From positions 1-64,000 of the IMG/VR virus record IMGVR_UViG_3300044681_000369: 64,000 bases of DNA; one strand, 5' to 3'. Source of the stretch: a virus. Positions within the stretch are counted from its first letter, which is position 1, and each line of letters opens with the position of its first letter. A program made the position numbers and the translations under genes. The notes below the pieces were generated by a model. It ran no database searches and was not told the DNA's origin. It saw only the letters and a list, made by a program, of their open reading frames with translations. Positions 1-7,991 of this stretch are shown one piece after another.

Positions 1-98
1 GCCTCTTCATCAACCCATTGCATCAGCCTACCACCAAACAATGTATTATTGGCATTTAGGTCTTCAGGCTTGACAAGTTTTCGTGTTAAAAAGCGCAT
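1..98 (-). CDS. Acyl-CoA thioesterase (hotdog fold, YciA-like), runs off the window edge
   Basis: Hand translation from ATG at 98: MRFLTRKLVKPEDLNANNTLFGGRLMQWVDEE; matches the DxNxxxxxxGG motif; not in ORF track. Confidence 0.8.
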   Translation of the reverse strand, partial: MRFLTRKLVKPEDLNANNTLFGGRLMQWVDEE

Positions 99-129
99 AA
101 AATTAAAATTGATACATTACCCAAAAGAT

Positions 130-205
130 TGGTGGACACTCTGGGGCTCGAACCCAGGACCTACAGGTTAAAAGCCCGTTGCTCTGCCTACTGAGCTAAG
201 TGTCC
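130..205 (-). tRNA. tRNA-Lys(UUU)
   Basis: GGACACT/AGTGTCC acceptor stem, loop CT-TTT-AA, TTCGA T-loop, encoded CCA. Confidence 0.95.
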
Positions 206-220
206 GAAATCATTATGAGC

Positions 221-249
221 ATAATACTACATCTGGTACTTGATGTCAA
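221..249 (-). promoter_or_regulatory. Sigma70-type promoter for tRNA-Lys/thioesterase
   Basis: TTGACA-N17-TATTAT. Confidence 0.75.
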
Positions 250-676
250 TAGGTTTTACCCTAAGCCCTGCCTTTGCCACTAGATCCTTGTAACCACGCC
301 AGCTCGGATGAATACCGTCTCCTGACAGATAGTTCGTGGAAATGACTGTATCTCCATACTTTAGGGCAACATATCTCACAGTCTCATTAACCTTCAACTT
401 ACAAAACTTCTTATTGCAGGGAGGCATAATCCAAATGACGTTTCCCATCTTGATCCGGGTGCGAATGCGCATCAACTCTTTTTCTGTGTTAACACCTGGA
501 TGATCATTGGTGCCTAGACTGATAACAATCGTCTTTGCTTCAAGCGGAGTGTTGCCCCACTTCTTGTTCCATTGCCATGTATTCCAGCCACCCACAGAAT
601 ATGAAACGCATTCTGTTGGCGCAAACATCTTAGTACCGACGGCAATACTATCGCCCATAATTAAACATTCTAACAT
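227..676 (-). CDS. SGNH/GDSL-family hydrolase
   Basis: GDSI, GTND and DGIHP blocks. Confidence 0.8.
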   Translation of the reverse strand: MLECLIMGDSIAVGTKMFAPTECVSYSVGGWNTWQWNKKWGNTPLEAKTIVISLGTNDHPGVNTEKELMRIRTRIKMGNVIWIMPPCNKKFCKLKVNETVRYVALKYGDTVISTNYLSGDGIHPSWRGYKDLVAKAGLRVKPIDIKYQM

Positions 677-691
677 CTTGCTTCCTTTCCT

Positions 692-1225
692 TTAGCAACA
701 CAGTTCCTCAAATGAGAATACCTCGTATGACCAAATCTGTTCTCCAATAGAGCCAGATTTCACATCTGGCTTACCGCCATCATTATTAAACTGAATTCGG
801 ATCTTGGTCTTCCAAGACTTTGAGCCATTGTTATAGAATTCAGGTGGGACTTTAAAGAAGTGAATAGTTTCGGTAATTGGATCTACCACAAGACATCGAA
901 GAATGCCAGTCTTATTTTTAGTGATAATATCGGCCGCCAAGTCCCTTTTAGCTATGGTACCCTGATTTGAAACCTTTGCCTTCTTCGCATCACTACCATC
1001 AGTGAAGTCCATACCGTCATGATCACATCGAATAAGATTGCCACATTTCGCAATCGCATTCTCTAAGATAGATTCAACAGCCAAATCTCCCTGTCGAACA
1101 GCCTTCAATAGTGTAGGTAAGTCTTTCTTGGTATATCCCGCATACGGGTAAATGGTATTAAGAATAATCTCATCTGATTTATATACGTCTGGATTAAATT
1201 TCGTTGCCATCACAAAGTCTTTCAA
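692..1225 (-). CDS. Hypothetical protein, possible PD-(D/E)xK nuclease (alternative start 1210)
   Basis: MDFTDGSDAK motif; ORF fills the gap between genes. Confidence 0.5.
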   Translation of the reverse strand: MKDFVMATKFNPDVYKSDEIILNTIYPYAGYTKKDLPTLLKAVRQGDLAVESILENAIAKCGNLIRCDHDGMDFTDGSDAKKAKVSNQGTIAKRDLAADIITKNKTGILRCLVVDPITETIHFFKVPPEFYNNGSKSWKTKIRIQFNNDGGKPDVKSGSIGEQIWSYEVFSFEELCC

Positions 1226-1227
1226 AT

Positions 1228-1313
1228 TGGTGCATGGGGCTAGATTCGAACTAGCGTAGCCGTAAAGCGGCAGATTTACAGTCTGCTGGTATTAACCACT
1301 CACCCACCCATGC
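1228..1313 (-). tRNA. tRNA-Tyr(GUA)
   Basis: GCATGGG/CCCATGC stem, CT-GTA-AA loop, class II variable arm, CCA. Confidence 0.95.
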
Positions 1314-1328
1314 ATTACATCATAAAAC

Positions 1329-1403
1329 TGGTACACCATAGGGGAATCGAACCCCTGTTTCCGCCGTGAAAGGGCAGCGTCCTAACCGCTAGACGAACGG
1401 TGC
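1329..1403 (-). tRNA. tRNA-Glu(UUC)
   Basis: CT-TTC-AC loop, cloverleaf, CCA. Confidence 0.95.
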
Positions 1404-1414
1404 ACCGACTTATT

Positions 1415-1508
1415 TGGTAGTCCCTACAGGATTCGAACCTGTGACGCTCTCTAATCTGGAGACGATGCCGCGTATAAGGCGGGTGTTTTACCACTAAACT
1501 AAGGGACC
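1415..1508 (-). tRNA. tRNA-Ile(UAU) with long variable arm
   Basis: GGTCCCT/AGGGACT stem, CT-TAT-AC loop, 24-nt variable region, ACAGG-TTCGAAT-CCTGT T-arm, ACCA. Confidence 0.85.
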
Positions 1509-1509
1509 A

Positions 1510-1584
1510 TGGTGCGGGATGAGAGGGTCGAACTCCCGACATCCTCGGTGTAAACGAGGCGCTCTACCACTGAGCTAATCCCGC
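1510..1584 (-). tRNA. tRNA-Val(UAC)
   Basis: TT-TAC-AC loop, cloverleaf, CCA. Confidence 0.95.
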
Positions 1585-2258
1585 GAAATAATCGTTATGT
1601 CTTGCTTCCAATCTTCTGCTATTATACACGTTTTTTCGTATTGGTCAAGCAGTTTTTGAAAATAATTTATGTTATAGTATACCCAAAAGGAACGAACATT
1701 TTCAGTAAGATACTCTTGGGATATCAAAGACTTGGTTTTACCGTTATCATCAAGCTGGTAAATGTAGCAATAGTCCATGTCTCGGTGTTCCGGAAAAAAT
1801 CTCAGAAATGCATTTGGTCCAACAAAGACATCGTTCTTTTTTCCGTATCCGCTCCAGGTAATGAGCATCTTTCCGTTTTCAGAAAGGTGACTATACAGCC
1901 AGTCTACTATTTCCAACATCTCTTCTTTGGATGTATGCGTAAAGACGCTATGCGCTACAATTAGATCATACTTTTTGTCCAAAACTGGAAGAGATTCCTT
2001 TCCACCTGGATTGTACTCCGGATTAAACCCATCATAGTGAATGAAGTTGGCATTCGGGAACATCTTTCTTCCCATGAGAATGGCATCTTCACAAATATCA
2101 ATACCCGTATAATTCTCTTGAGGAAAAGATCCTCGGGAACTCTCTAAGAATATTCCATGATTGCAGCCAAAGTCCAGAAGACTTCTCTGATCAATATCAG
2201 GTATTTCATTCTTTATAATGTGATAAACCGGAAGATTATAATGTAACAACATATGCAT
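1575..2258 (-). CDS. Class I SAM-dependent methyltransferase
   Basis: LLDFGCNHG motif I, GIDI, YDLIVAHSVFTH. Confidence 0.85.
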   Translation of the reverse strand: MHMLLHYNLPVYHIIKNEIPDIDQRSLLDFGCNHGIFLESSRGSFPQENYTGIDICEDAILMGRKMFPNANFIHYDGFNPEYNPGGKESLPVLDKKYDLIVAHSVFTHTSKEEMLEIVDWLYSHLSENGKMLITWSGYGKKNDVFVGPNAFLRFFPEHRDMDYCYIYQLDDNGKTKSLISQEYLTENVRSFWVYYNINYFQKLLDQYEKTCIIAEDWKQDITIISRD

Positions 2259-2267
2259 TACTCAATT

Positions 2268-2352
2268 TGGTGCGAGTGGTGGGACTCGAACCCACATGGA
2301 CAATGTCCGACAGGTTTTAAGCCCGTTGCGTATACCATTCCGCCACACTCGC
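2268..2352 (-). tRNA. tRNA-Leu(UAA)
   Basis: CT-TAA-AA loop, variable arm, CCA. Confidence 0.95.
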
Positions 2353-2358
2353 ATGATT

Positions 2359-2432
2359 TGGCAGGCCAGCAAGGAATCGAACCTCAATCTACGGTTTTGG
2401 AGACCGTTATAATACCATTATACCACTGACCC
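2359..2432 (-). tRNA. tRNA-Trp(CCA)
   Basis: CT-CCA-AA loop, G discriminator, CCA. Confidence 0.93.
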
Positions 2433-2442
2433 AACAAAAATT

Positions 2443-2518
2443 TGGTGGAGCCACGGGGGATCGAACCCCGGACCTACGGCTTGCAAAGCCGTCGCTCTCC
2501 CATCTGAGCTATAGCCCC
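2443..2518 (-). tRNA. tRNA-Ala(UGC)
   Basis: GGGGCTA start with G3:U70, TT-TGC-AA loop, CCA. Confidence 0.95.
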
Positions 2519-3070
2519 TTAAAGATAATGTACGCTCGACATCATGATATACTTATCATTGTCTGTTGGATTCTTGCCTCCATGTGGAAACATCCAAAGA
2601 GGAGGAAAAACCAGAAGATCGCCAGCTTTTGGTGTAAACTGTAAATCTAGCGTAGGAAATTCAGTTACTCCGTTGTTGTCGTTTAGATATGCCATAAAAA
2701 CTAATGCTCTATGACATGTGTTTCTATCTACAACATCAACATGAGGATCAAATCTATAATCACTATTTTTATAATACTTCTTCACTCTGGTATGTTCAAA
2801 GCCTCCGGTAATAGGCAGAAAGTTCTGTAGACCAAGATCACTAACATACTGATGAAGTTTCGGATAAGATGCGTGAACAAATGCTGTGGCAAGTTCAGCA
2901 AATCCGGTTTGATTTAAATCCCACTGATCAAACTTGTAATTTTCAGTTTCGTGCTTTTGAATAGCGTCGGCATCTTTAGGTGCCGAGTTGAATGCTGTAA
3001 TTACATTCTCGCATATCTTTTTAGGCACAACATCTTCAAACAACCTAACATAATCTTTTAGTTCTTTCAT
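2519..3070 (-). CDS. 2OG-Fe(II) oxygenase (prolyl-4-hydroxylase-like)
   Basis: HVD...H facial triad, YLND, FPPLWMFPH, KY. Confidence 0.85.
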   Translation of the reverse strand: MKELKDYVRLFEDVVPKKICENVITAFNSAPKDADAIQKHETENYKFDQWDLNQTGFAELATAFVHASYPKLHQYVSDLGLQNFLPITGGFEHTRVKKYYKNSDYRFDPHVDVVDRNTCHRALVFMAYLNDNNGVTEFPTLDLQFTPKAGDLLVFPPLWMFPHGGKNPTDNDKYIMMSSVHYL

Positions 3071-3531
3071 TACATGTAATCCCCGGGATTTCTAACGATG
3101 TGATCTGCCGCATTCGTTGCGGCAAAAGCAAATGGTTTAATTTTAGCTTCGACTCCAGTCATACCTCTAACGTATCCTAGGGCTTCTTTCACTGCGCTAT
3201 TACTTTTATACACCGGATTAGGATTGATGTCAAGATGTATTTCAAACTTTCTTTCACCTATGGCATCAATGACTTCTAGTGCCGCCTGAATTGCATATCC
3301 AGCCTCAGATATTAGTCGCTGTCTAAGATTTCCAAAGTCACGCTCTTCATACTTTTGTTGGAAAATTTTGCAACCATGTTTGCTGGCTTTATGCAGAATG
3401 ATAACAACAGAATATCTTGCAACCCATTCGCCCTTCTTGTTTTTGAGACGAATTGAGTCTGCGCCAATATAGACGGTAGAATCTAAGGATGAGTTACTGA
3501 TTGCACTTCTGGCTTCATCAAACATAATCAA
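3070..3531 (-). CDS. RNase H-like YkuK (DUF458) family protein
   Basis: YIGADS, IHLDIN, AATNAADH. Confidence 0.75.
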   Translation of the reverse strand: MIMFDEARSAISNSSLDSTVYIGADSIRLKNKKGEWVARYSVVIILHKASKHGCKIFQQKYEERDFGNLRQRLISEAGYAIQAALEVIDAIGERKFEIHLDINPNPVYKSNSAVKEALGYVRGMTGVEAKIKPFAFAATNAADHIVRNPGDYM

Positions 3532-4226
3532 AAATTTAATTGTTCATTGGGGTTAATATAGCTGTGTGAATATACAATATACTCTTTTAGTCCTACGGTG
3601 TCAAGTCTAATTTCCATTCTTCTTTTGGGAAGATACAAACATGTCTTTCCATATCTACTATCTATTAGAGGTAGATATGCGGCTCTATTATCGTAAACTA
3701 TCTCGGAATAAAATTGCTCTTCGGTAAGATCAGACGGAATGACCTTAAGTAGACAATAGTGTACATTGTCTCGGTTCTTTTCTCTGATTGCCGCAAATAG
3801 ATGTAGATTGTTTGTCTTTGAAATCTTTTCTTTCCAAACATCGACAAACATATCTTTTATGTTTTCATTATTTTTGTTGTGAAAATGTGTTGCCACAAAA
3901 TCACTCTCACGTTTATTGTTTTGTAGAAAGCTGGCTTCTGTTGTTAAGCCTTTGAGGAAGATATCTCCAACACTCAATCCCTTAACATCAATATCACAAG
4001 TTGGAGTTCGAACGTCAACAATACCATGTCCTGCGCCAACCCACATGCCACCGGGAATACTGTCTGAGACTGCATATTCCCAAGTCTCTTTCGCTAACTG
4101 AATTTTACGATTTTTGGAAAGAAACGGCTGATAGTAAGCCGACATTTCCGCAGAGAATTTCTCGTTGAAGTTGGAGCCCAGAATGCTTTCGTGGTATTCT
4201 TTGGGAACAGGCTCAAACTTCAACAT
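3528..4226 (-). CDS. Hypothetical protein, restriction-endonuclease-like
   Basis: E...VD...IDVK spacing resembles PD-(D/E)xK. Confidence 0.45.
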   Translation of the reverse strand: MLKFEPVPKEYHESILGSNFNEKFSAEMSAYYQPFLSKNRKIQLAKETWEYAVSDSIPGGMWVGAGHGIVDVRTPTCDIDVKGLSVGDIFLKGLTTEASFLQNNKRESDFVATHFHNKNNENIKDMFVDVWKEKISKTNNLHLFAAIREKNRDNVHYCLLKVIPSDLTEEQFYSEIVYDNRAAYLPLIDSRYGKTCLYLPKRRMEIRLDTVGLKEYIVYSHSYINPNEQLNF

Positions 4227-4250
4227 GTAATATCATCCTAAATCATAATA

Positions 4251-4327
4251 TGGTCGGGGAGAGAGGATTCGAACCTCCGACCCCCTGCTCCCAAAGCAGG
4301 TGCACTACCAGGCTGTGCTACTCCCCG
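4251..4327 (-). tRNA. tRNA-Pro(UGG)
   Basis: CGGGGAG start, TT-TGG-GA loop, CCA. Confidence 0.95.
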
Positions 4328-4684
4328 TTACTCGGTAGGTGGAACTGGAGGAACGGCAGGAGGAAACATCTGCATCCATCTAGTCATCATCCAAGGTGGA
4401 CAATCATTACCCTGTAGGGTATAAAAGTCGTTGACAGTAACTTCTGTCTGAGACATCAAATCAAAGTGTGTAACTTCTAGAATATTCGTGGCATTATCCG
4501 AGGCAATCCAAGCAACACATTGCGCTTCGGTTTCCCAAAGAATATATGTGGTTGTGGGATCTGCCGGACACCAGCCTAGAAAACCAGATTGACTGCGTAG
4601 AGTCTCAATCTTAACTTTCAAATCTTCTACGCTAAGGTTCAATTGCGCATCGGGATTAATTGTGTATTTGCAAACATGCGACAT
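4328..4684 (-). CDS. Hypothetical protein (weak dimeric alpha-beta barrel/ABM-like pattern)
   Basis: GGAG RBS, late promoter upstream; GFLGW...WETE pattern. Confidence 0.55.
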   Translation of the reverse strand: MSHVCKYTINPDAQLNLSVEDLKVKIETLRSQSGFLGWCPADPTTTYILWETEAQCVAWIASDNATNILEVTHFDLMSQTEVTVNDFYTLQGNDCPPWMMTRWMQMFPPAVPPVPPTE

Positions 4685-4723
4685 TTTTATTCTCCATAGA
4701 GGTTTTGCTTAATCTCTTACCAC

Positions 4724-4731
4724 TATTTATA
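4724..4731 (-). promoter_or_regulatory. T4-type late promoter
   Basis: Intergenic TATAAATA. Confidence 0.75.
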
Positions 4732-4736
4732 TACTT

Positions 4737-4819
4737 TGGTGCCCCAGGAGGGACTCGAACCCCCACTCTCTCGAACTTGCTCCTAAGGCAAGCGTGTCTA
4801 CCAATTCCACCACTAGGGC
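4737..4819 (-). tRNA. tRNA-Leu(UAG)
   Basis: CT-TAG-GA loop, variable arm, CCA. Confidence 0.93.
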
Positions 4820-4823
4820 AATC

Positions 4824-5354
4824 TTAACTCTGTGTCAACTCTTTCCATTCTTTTGGACTAATAACACTGCAATTTTCTCTGAAATACCGATACTGTGTTA
4901 GTTCTGTCCGTATTTTAGGATCCATAGGAACCTGGTCTTCTGTGACGTTGCTACTGTTTGTGACTTGAGTTGCTTTTGCTACCTGCAAATATTCATTCAA
5001 GTTCTCAAACGGAATAATTTCAAAATCTAAATCCTTAGGTATATTAAATAGAAAGGCTTCCCTGTGCTTATGAATAAAAAGTTCTTTATCCATAAATTTT
5101 CTATCGGCAAATATATCTGCCCAACCTTTAGCTTCCCAGTCTACGTTTCGAAACACTTCAGCAGACATCCACCTGTCTAAAGGATTTCTTAAAACTAAAA
5201 CTCGTCTTGTCTTAGACTGAATCCAATCTATCCAATCATCACTTTTAGGTTTATGATCTGTAATACCAAAATGACTTTTCATAGACGTATGTCCACACCG
5301 TAAAGCACAGACAACATGAACTTTGCCATTATTGTGTATAAACATGATCCTCAA
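4824..5354 (-). CDS. Sulfotransferase family 2-like protein
   Basis: RCGHTS (5'-PSB-like) and VLRNPLDRWMS (3'-PB) motifs. Confidence 0.65.
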   Translation of the reverse strand: MRIMFIHNNGKVHVVCALRCGHTSMKSHFGITDHKPKSDDWIDWIQSKTRRVLVLRNPLDRWMSAEVFRNVDWEAKGWADIFADRKFMDKELFIHKHREAFLFNIPKDLDFEIIPFENLNEYLQVAKATQVTNSSNVTEDQVPMDPKIRTELTQYRYFRENCSVISPKEWKELTQS

Positions 5355-6444
5355 TTTCTTTGTTAGCTTTGCTCAAAGCACTACCTATAACCTGATGCAT
5401 ATCATAATACTGATACTCACCTAGTCTCCCACCAAAAATTATATTTGGATGCTGTTTGGCAAGTTCTGCATACTTTCTATACAACTCTTTGTTTCTATCA
5501 TTATTTATAGGGTAATAAGGATCTACTCCGCGTTTCCAATCTTGAGGATACTCTTTAGTTATTAAAGTTCCTTTTGTCTTGGCGCCTGTGAACCACTTAT
5601 GTTCCATAACTCTAGTATACGGATGATCGTCTGAGCAATAATTTACTATCGCTCGGTCTTGATACTCATCCACATCATGATCTTCGTGTTCAAATCTAAG
5701 GCTGCGGTATTCTAGTTCACCATAACAATAATTAAAGAATTGATCTATACCACCAGAAAACACAATTTTCTTTGCTTTTGGCTCAATAGAACTAACATTG
5801 TATTCTATTCCAAGTTGAATGTCAATACCTTCTAGCATCTTTTCGAAAAGTTTTGTATATCCAAATTTGGGTATACCCATAAACTTATGATCATCACCAA
5901 AATAGTTATCATTCCAATCGAACCGCAGAGGAAGTCTGCGAATTATAGATGCTGGTAAATCTTTAGGATCAGCATTCCACTGCTTTCTAGTATATTCCTT
6001 GATTAGCAGTTCATATATTTCTGTGCCTACCATCTGAATGGCTTGTTCTTCCAAATTTTTAGGCTTTCTGCCAAGATTTGGTCTTTGTGACTCAATCTTT
6101 GCTCTTGCCTCATCTGGGTCTGTTATTCCCCAAACCTCTTCAAAGGTGTGCATAGTAAATGGCATTGAATATAGAATGCCATCTGTTCCGTATGCCTTTA
6201 ACTTGTGTTCATACGGCAAAAAATCTGAAAATTTATTTACAAAATTCCAAATCTTTTCGCTGTTTGTGTGAAACATATGCGGTCCATAAACATGAACGTC
6301 TACACCATTTTTGTTTTCGGTGTATGCGTTTCCTCCTATATGGGTTCGCCTATCAATGACCAAGCAAGATTTTCCTGCGTCTGTCATCACTCTTGCGAAT
6401 GTGGCGCCGAAAAAGCCGGCGCCAACAATTAAATAGTCGTGCAT
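5329..6444 (-). CDS. glf: UDP-galactopyranose mutase
   Basis: VGAGFFG FAD motif, HIGGNAY, YGPHMFHT, GRLGEYQYYDM. Confidence 0.95.
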   Translation of the reverse strand: MHDYLIVGAGFFGATFARVMTDAGKSCLVIDRRTHIGGNAYTENKNGVDVHVYGPHMFHTNSEKIWNFVNKFSDFLPYEHKLKAYGTDGILYSMPFTMHTFEEVWGITDPDEARAKIESQRPNLGRKPKNLEEQAIQMVGTEIYELLIKEYTRKQWNADPKDLPASIIRRLPLRFDWNDNYFGDDHKFMGIPKFGYTKLFEKMLEGIDIQLGIEYNVSSIEPKAKKIVFSGGIDQFFNYCYGELEYRSLRFEHEDHDVDEYQDRAIVNYCSDDHPYTRVMEHKWFTGAKTKGTLITKEYPQDWKRGVDPYYPINNDRNKELYRKYAELAKQHPNIIFGGRLGEYQYYDMHQVIGSALSKANKEIEDHVYTQ

Positions 6445-6463
6445 ATGATCTCACTATGTAATA

Positions 6464-6680
6464 TGGCCCGCCCTATGCCCTCCGGCTTCCAGAAGACATT
6501 CATCTCGCTCTGATCGACGGGCAACCAGAGTCATATCCGCTTGTGCTAGCCGACATGCGCCCAAACGGAAAAAGGCATGTCGGACTCTGGCTAAGCAAGG
6601 GAGGTGCGATATTGAAAAGACCCCCACAATTTGTGCCTTGAATCCTTACCGGTACCGGCGGATTCTTCCAGAGATTTATC
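6464..6680 (-). ncRNA. Unclassified structured RNA ending in CCA
   Basis: GC-rich non-coding segment with at least five stems, between tRNA-Asn and glf. Confidence 0.65.
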
Positions 6681-6756
<76 letters not shown>

Positions 6757-6760
6757 AAAA

Positions 6761-6834
6761 TGGTGCCGGTTGAGAGAATCGAACTCCCATCAGAGGATTA
6801 CAAATCCACTGTATTACCATTATACTAAACCGGC
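6761..6834 (-). tRNA. tRNA-Thr(UGU)
   Basis: GCCGGTT/AACCGGC stem, TT-TGT-AA loop, CCA. Confidence 0.93.
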
Positions 6835-6844
6835 TTAGTCTTAT

Positions 6845-6873
6845 ACTTTATCAAGATTTATAACGGTTGTCAA
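6845..6873 (-). promoter_or_regulatory. Sigma70-type promoter heading the tRNA array
   Basis: TTGACA-N17-TAAAGT, 10 nt before tRNA-Thr. Confidence 0.7.
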
Positions 6874-7300
6874 GAACTTTTCTACCATAATCACAACAAA
6901 TTGCATAACAGTTATATGTCTTGCCATTAGGATAGTCTGGAATGACAATCACAGTGTTATCGGTATAATTTTCCTGATCTACTGTCCAAATATAATTTCG
7001 ACTTGTTATAACATATTCGTCAACGTTATGCCAGAAAAAATTATATGGACGATTTCGTTTTGACAGCCACTCAAGTGCGGCTAAATTTTTGGTATGAATC
7101 CAGAGTTTATCGTTATTCAGAAATGTTGAGTCGATAGGATAATCTGGACCATCGTGACCCAAATAAAACCGATCTGCAACTTTCCACAAATCAACTTCAA
7201 CATCAAAGCCTAAACTCAATGCCTCATTAATTTGATTTGGCGAATTTTCCCTGTCAATATCGGGTCCGTCAAGAAGACCACGGTGCGCTATGATTTTCAT
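6851..7300 (-). CDS. Short glycerophosphodiester phosphodiesterase-like protein
   Basis: IAHRG, ENS, EVDL, LGHD. Confidence 0.75.
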   Translation of the reverse strand: MKIIAHRGLLDGPDIDRENSPNQINEALSLGFDVEVDLWKVADRFYLGHDGPDYPIDSTFLNNDKLWIHTKNLAALEWLSKRNRPYNFFWHNVDEYVITSRNYIWTVDQENYTDNTVIVIPDYPNGKTYNCYAICCDYGRKVLDNRYKS

Positions 7301-7991
7301 CGTTAAAATGCCTCAAATCTTCTGGTGTACCCAATCCCCACATTCTCGCAATCTCATATGTGCCAATCCTAAAATTATCAGCAATGGCTTCGTTGAATAC
7401 AGGGCAAACATAAAACTCATTGTTAACTCGTACATCTTTGGCAATCATCTGCCTAGCATACTTAACGTAGTCACTGCCTCTTTGCCAGTAATAGATGCCA
7501 ACTGTAGCATTATCACTGATAGGATTCTTTTCGGCAACTTGAACTACTAATCCATCCTCATTAGTCTTCGCATAACTCCATTTAGTTTCAGTTGCCTTAA
7601 ACGTCATGATGTTTCCATCATACCAATGACTACTATCGATAAAGTCTTTGACGCTACCCTCAACATATTGATCTGAGTTTGCTATCAACAAAGGCTGATC
7701 GTTGTCAATGTAGTCGGCTGCCAGAAGTGTGGTACATGCCGCACCTTCTGTCATGTAATCAATATCTATAATAGTACACCCTGGAGCGGCAGAAGTCAAG
7801 ATATTTTTTAAATCATATTTTTCCAGGTGACTCTTTTGGACGATAAAAATATAGTTCCCAGCTATTCCCAAGTTGTCAATGACAACCTCAATCATACGCT
7901 TACCGAATATCGGTATAAGCGGTTTAGGATCAGAGTATCCAGCTTGAGCAAACCTGCTTCCTAAGCCAGACATGGGAATTAATATATTCAT
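7269..7991 (-). CDS. Sugar-nucleotidyltransferase (capsule BcbE-like)
   Basis: IPMSGLGSRF...PKPLI, NSDQ, GLGTPEDL. Confidence 0.85.
   Translation of the reverse strand: MNILIPMSGLGSRFAQAGYSDPKPLIPIFGKRMIEVVIDNLGIAGNYIFIVQKSHLEKYDLKNILTSAAPGCTIIDIDYMTEGAACTTLLAADYIDNDQPLLIANSDQYVEGSVKDFIDSSHWYDGNIMTFKATETKWSYAKTNEDGLVVQVAEKNPISDNATVGIYYWQRGSDYVKYARQMIAKDVRVNNEFYVCPVFNEAIADNFRIGTYEIARMWGLGTPEDLRHFNDENHSAPWSS

Noticed and set aside
1315-1542. 75-aa minus-strand ORF
   Set aside because: Translates through tRNA-Glu, -Ile and -Val
5502-5509. TATAAATA inside glf
   Set aside because: Falls in conserved YYPIN codons, so may be coincidental
6464-6680. tmRNA, RNase P RNA, SRP or group I intron identity
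   Set aside because: No T-loop before CCA, no GAGGAAAGUCC, no SRP loop, no P7 core recognised
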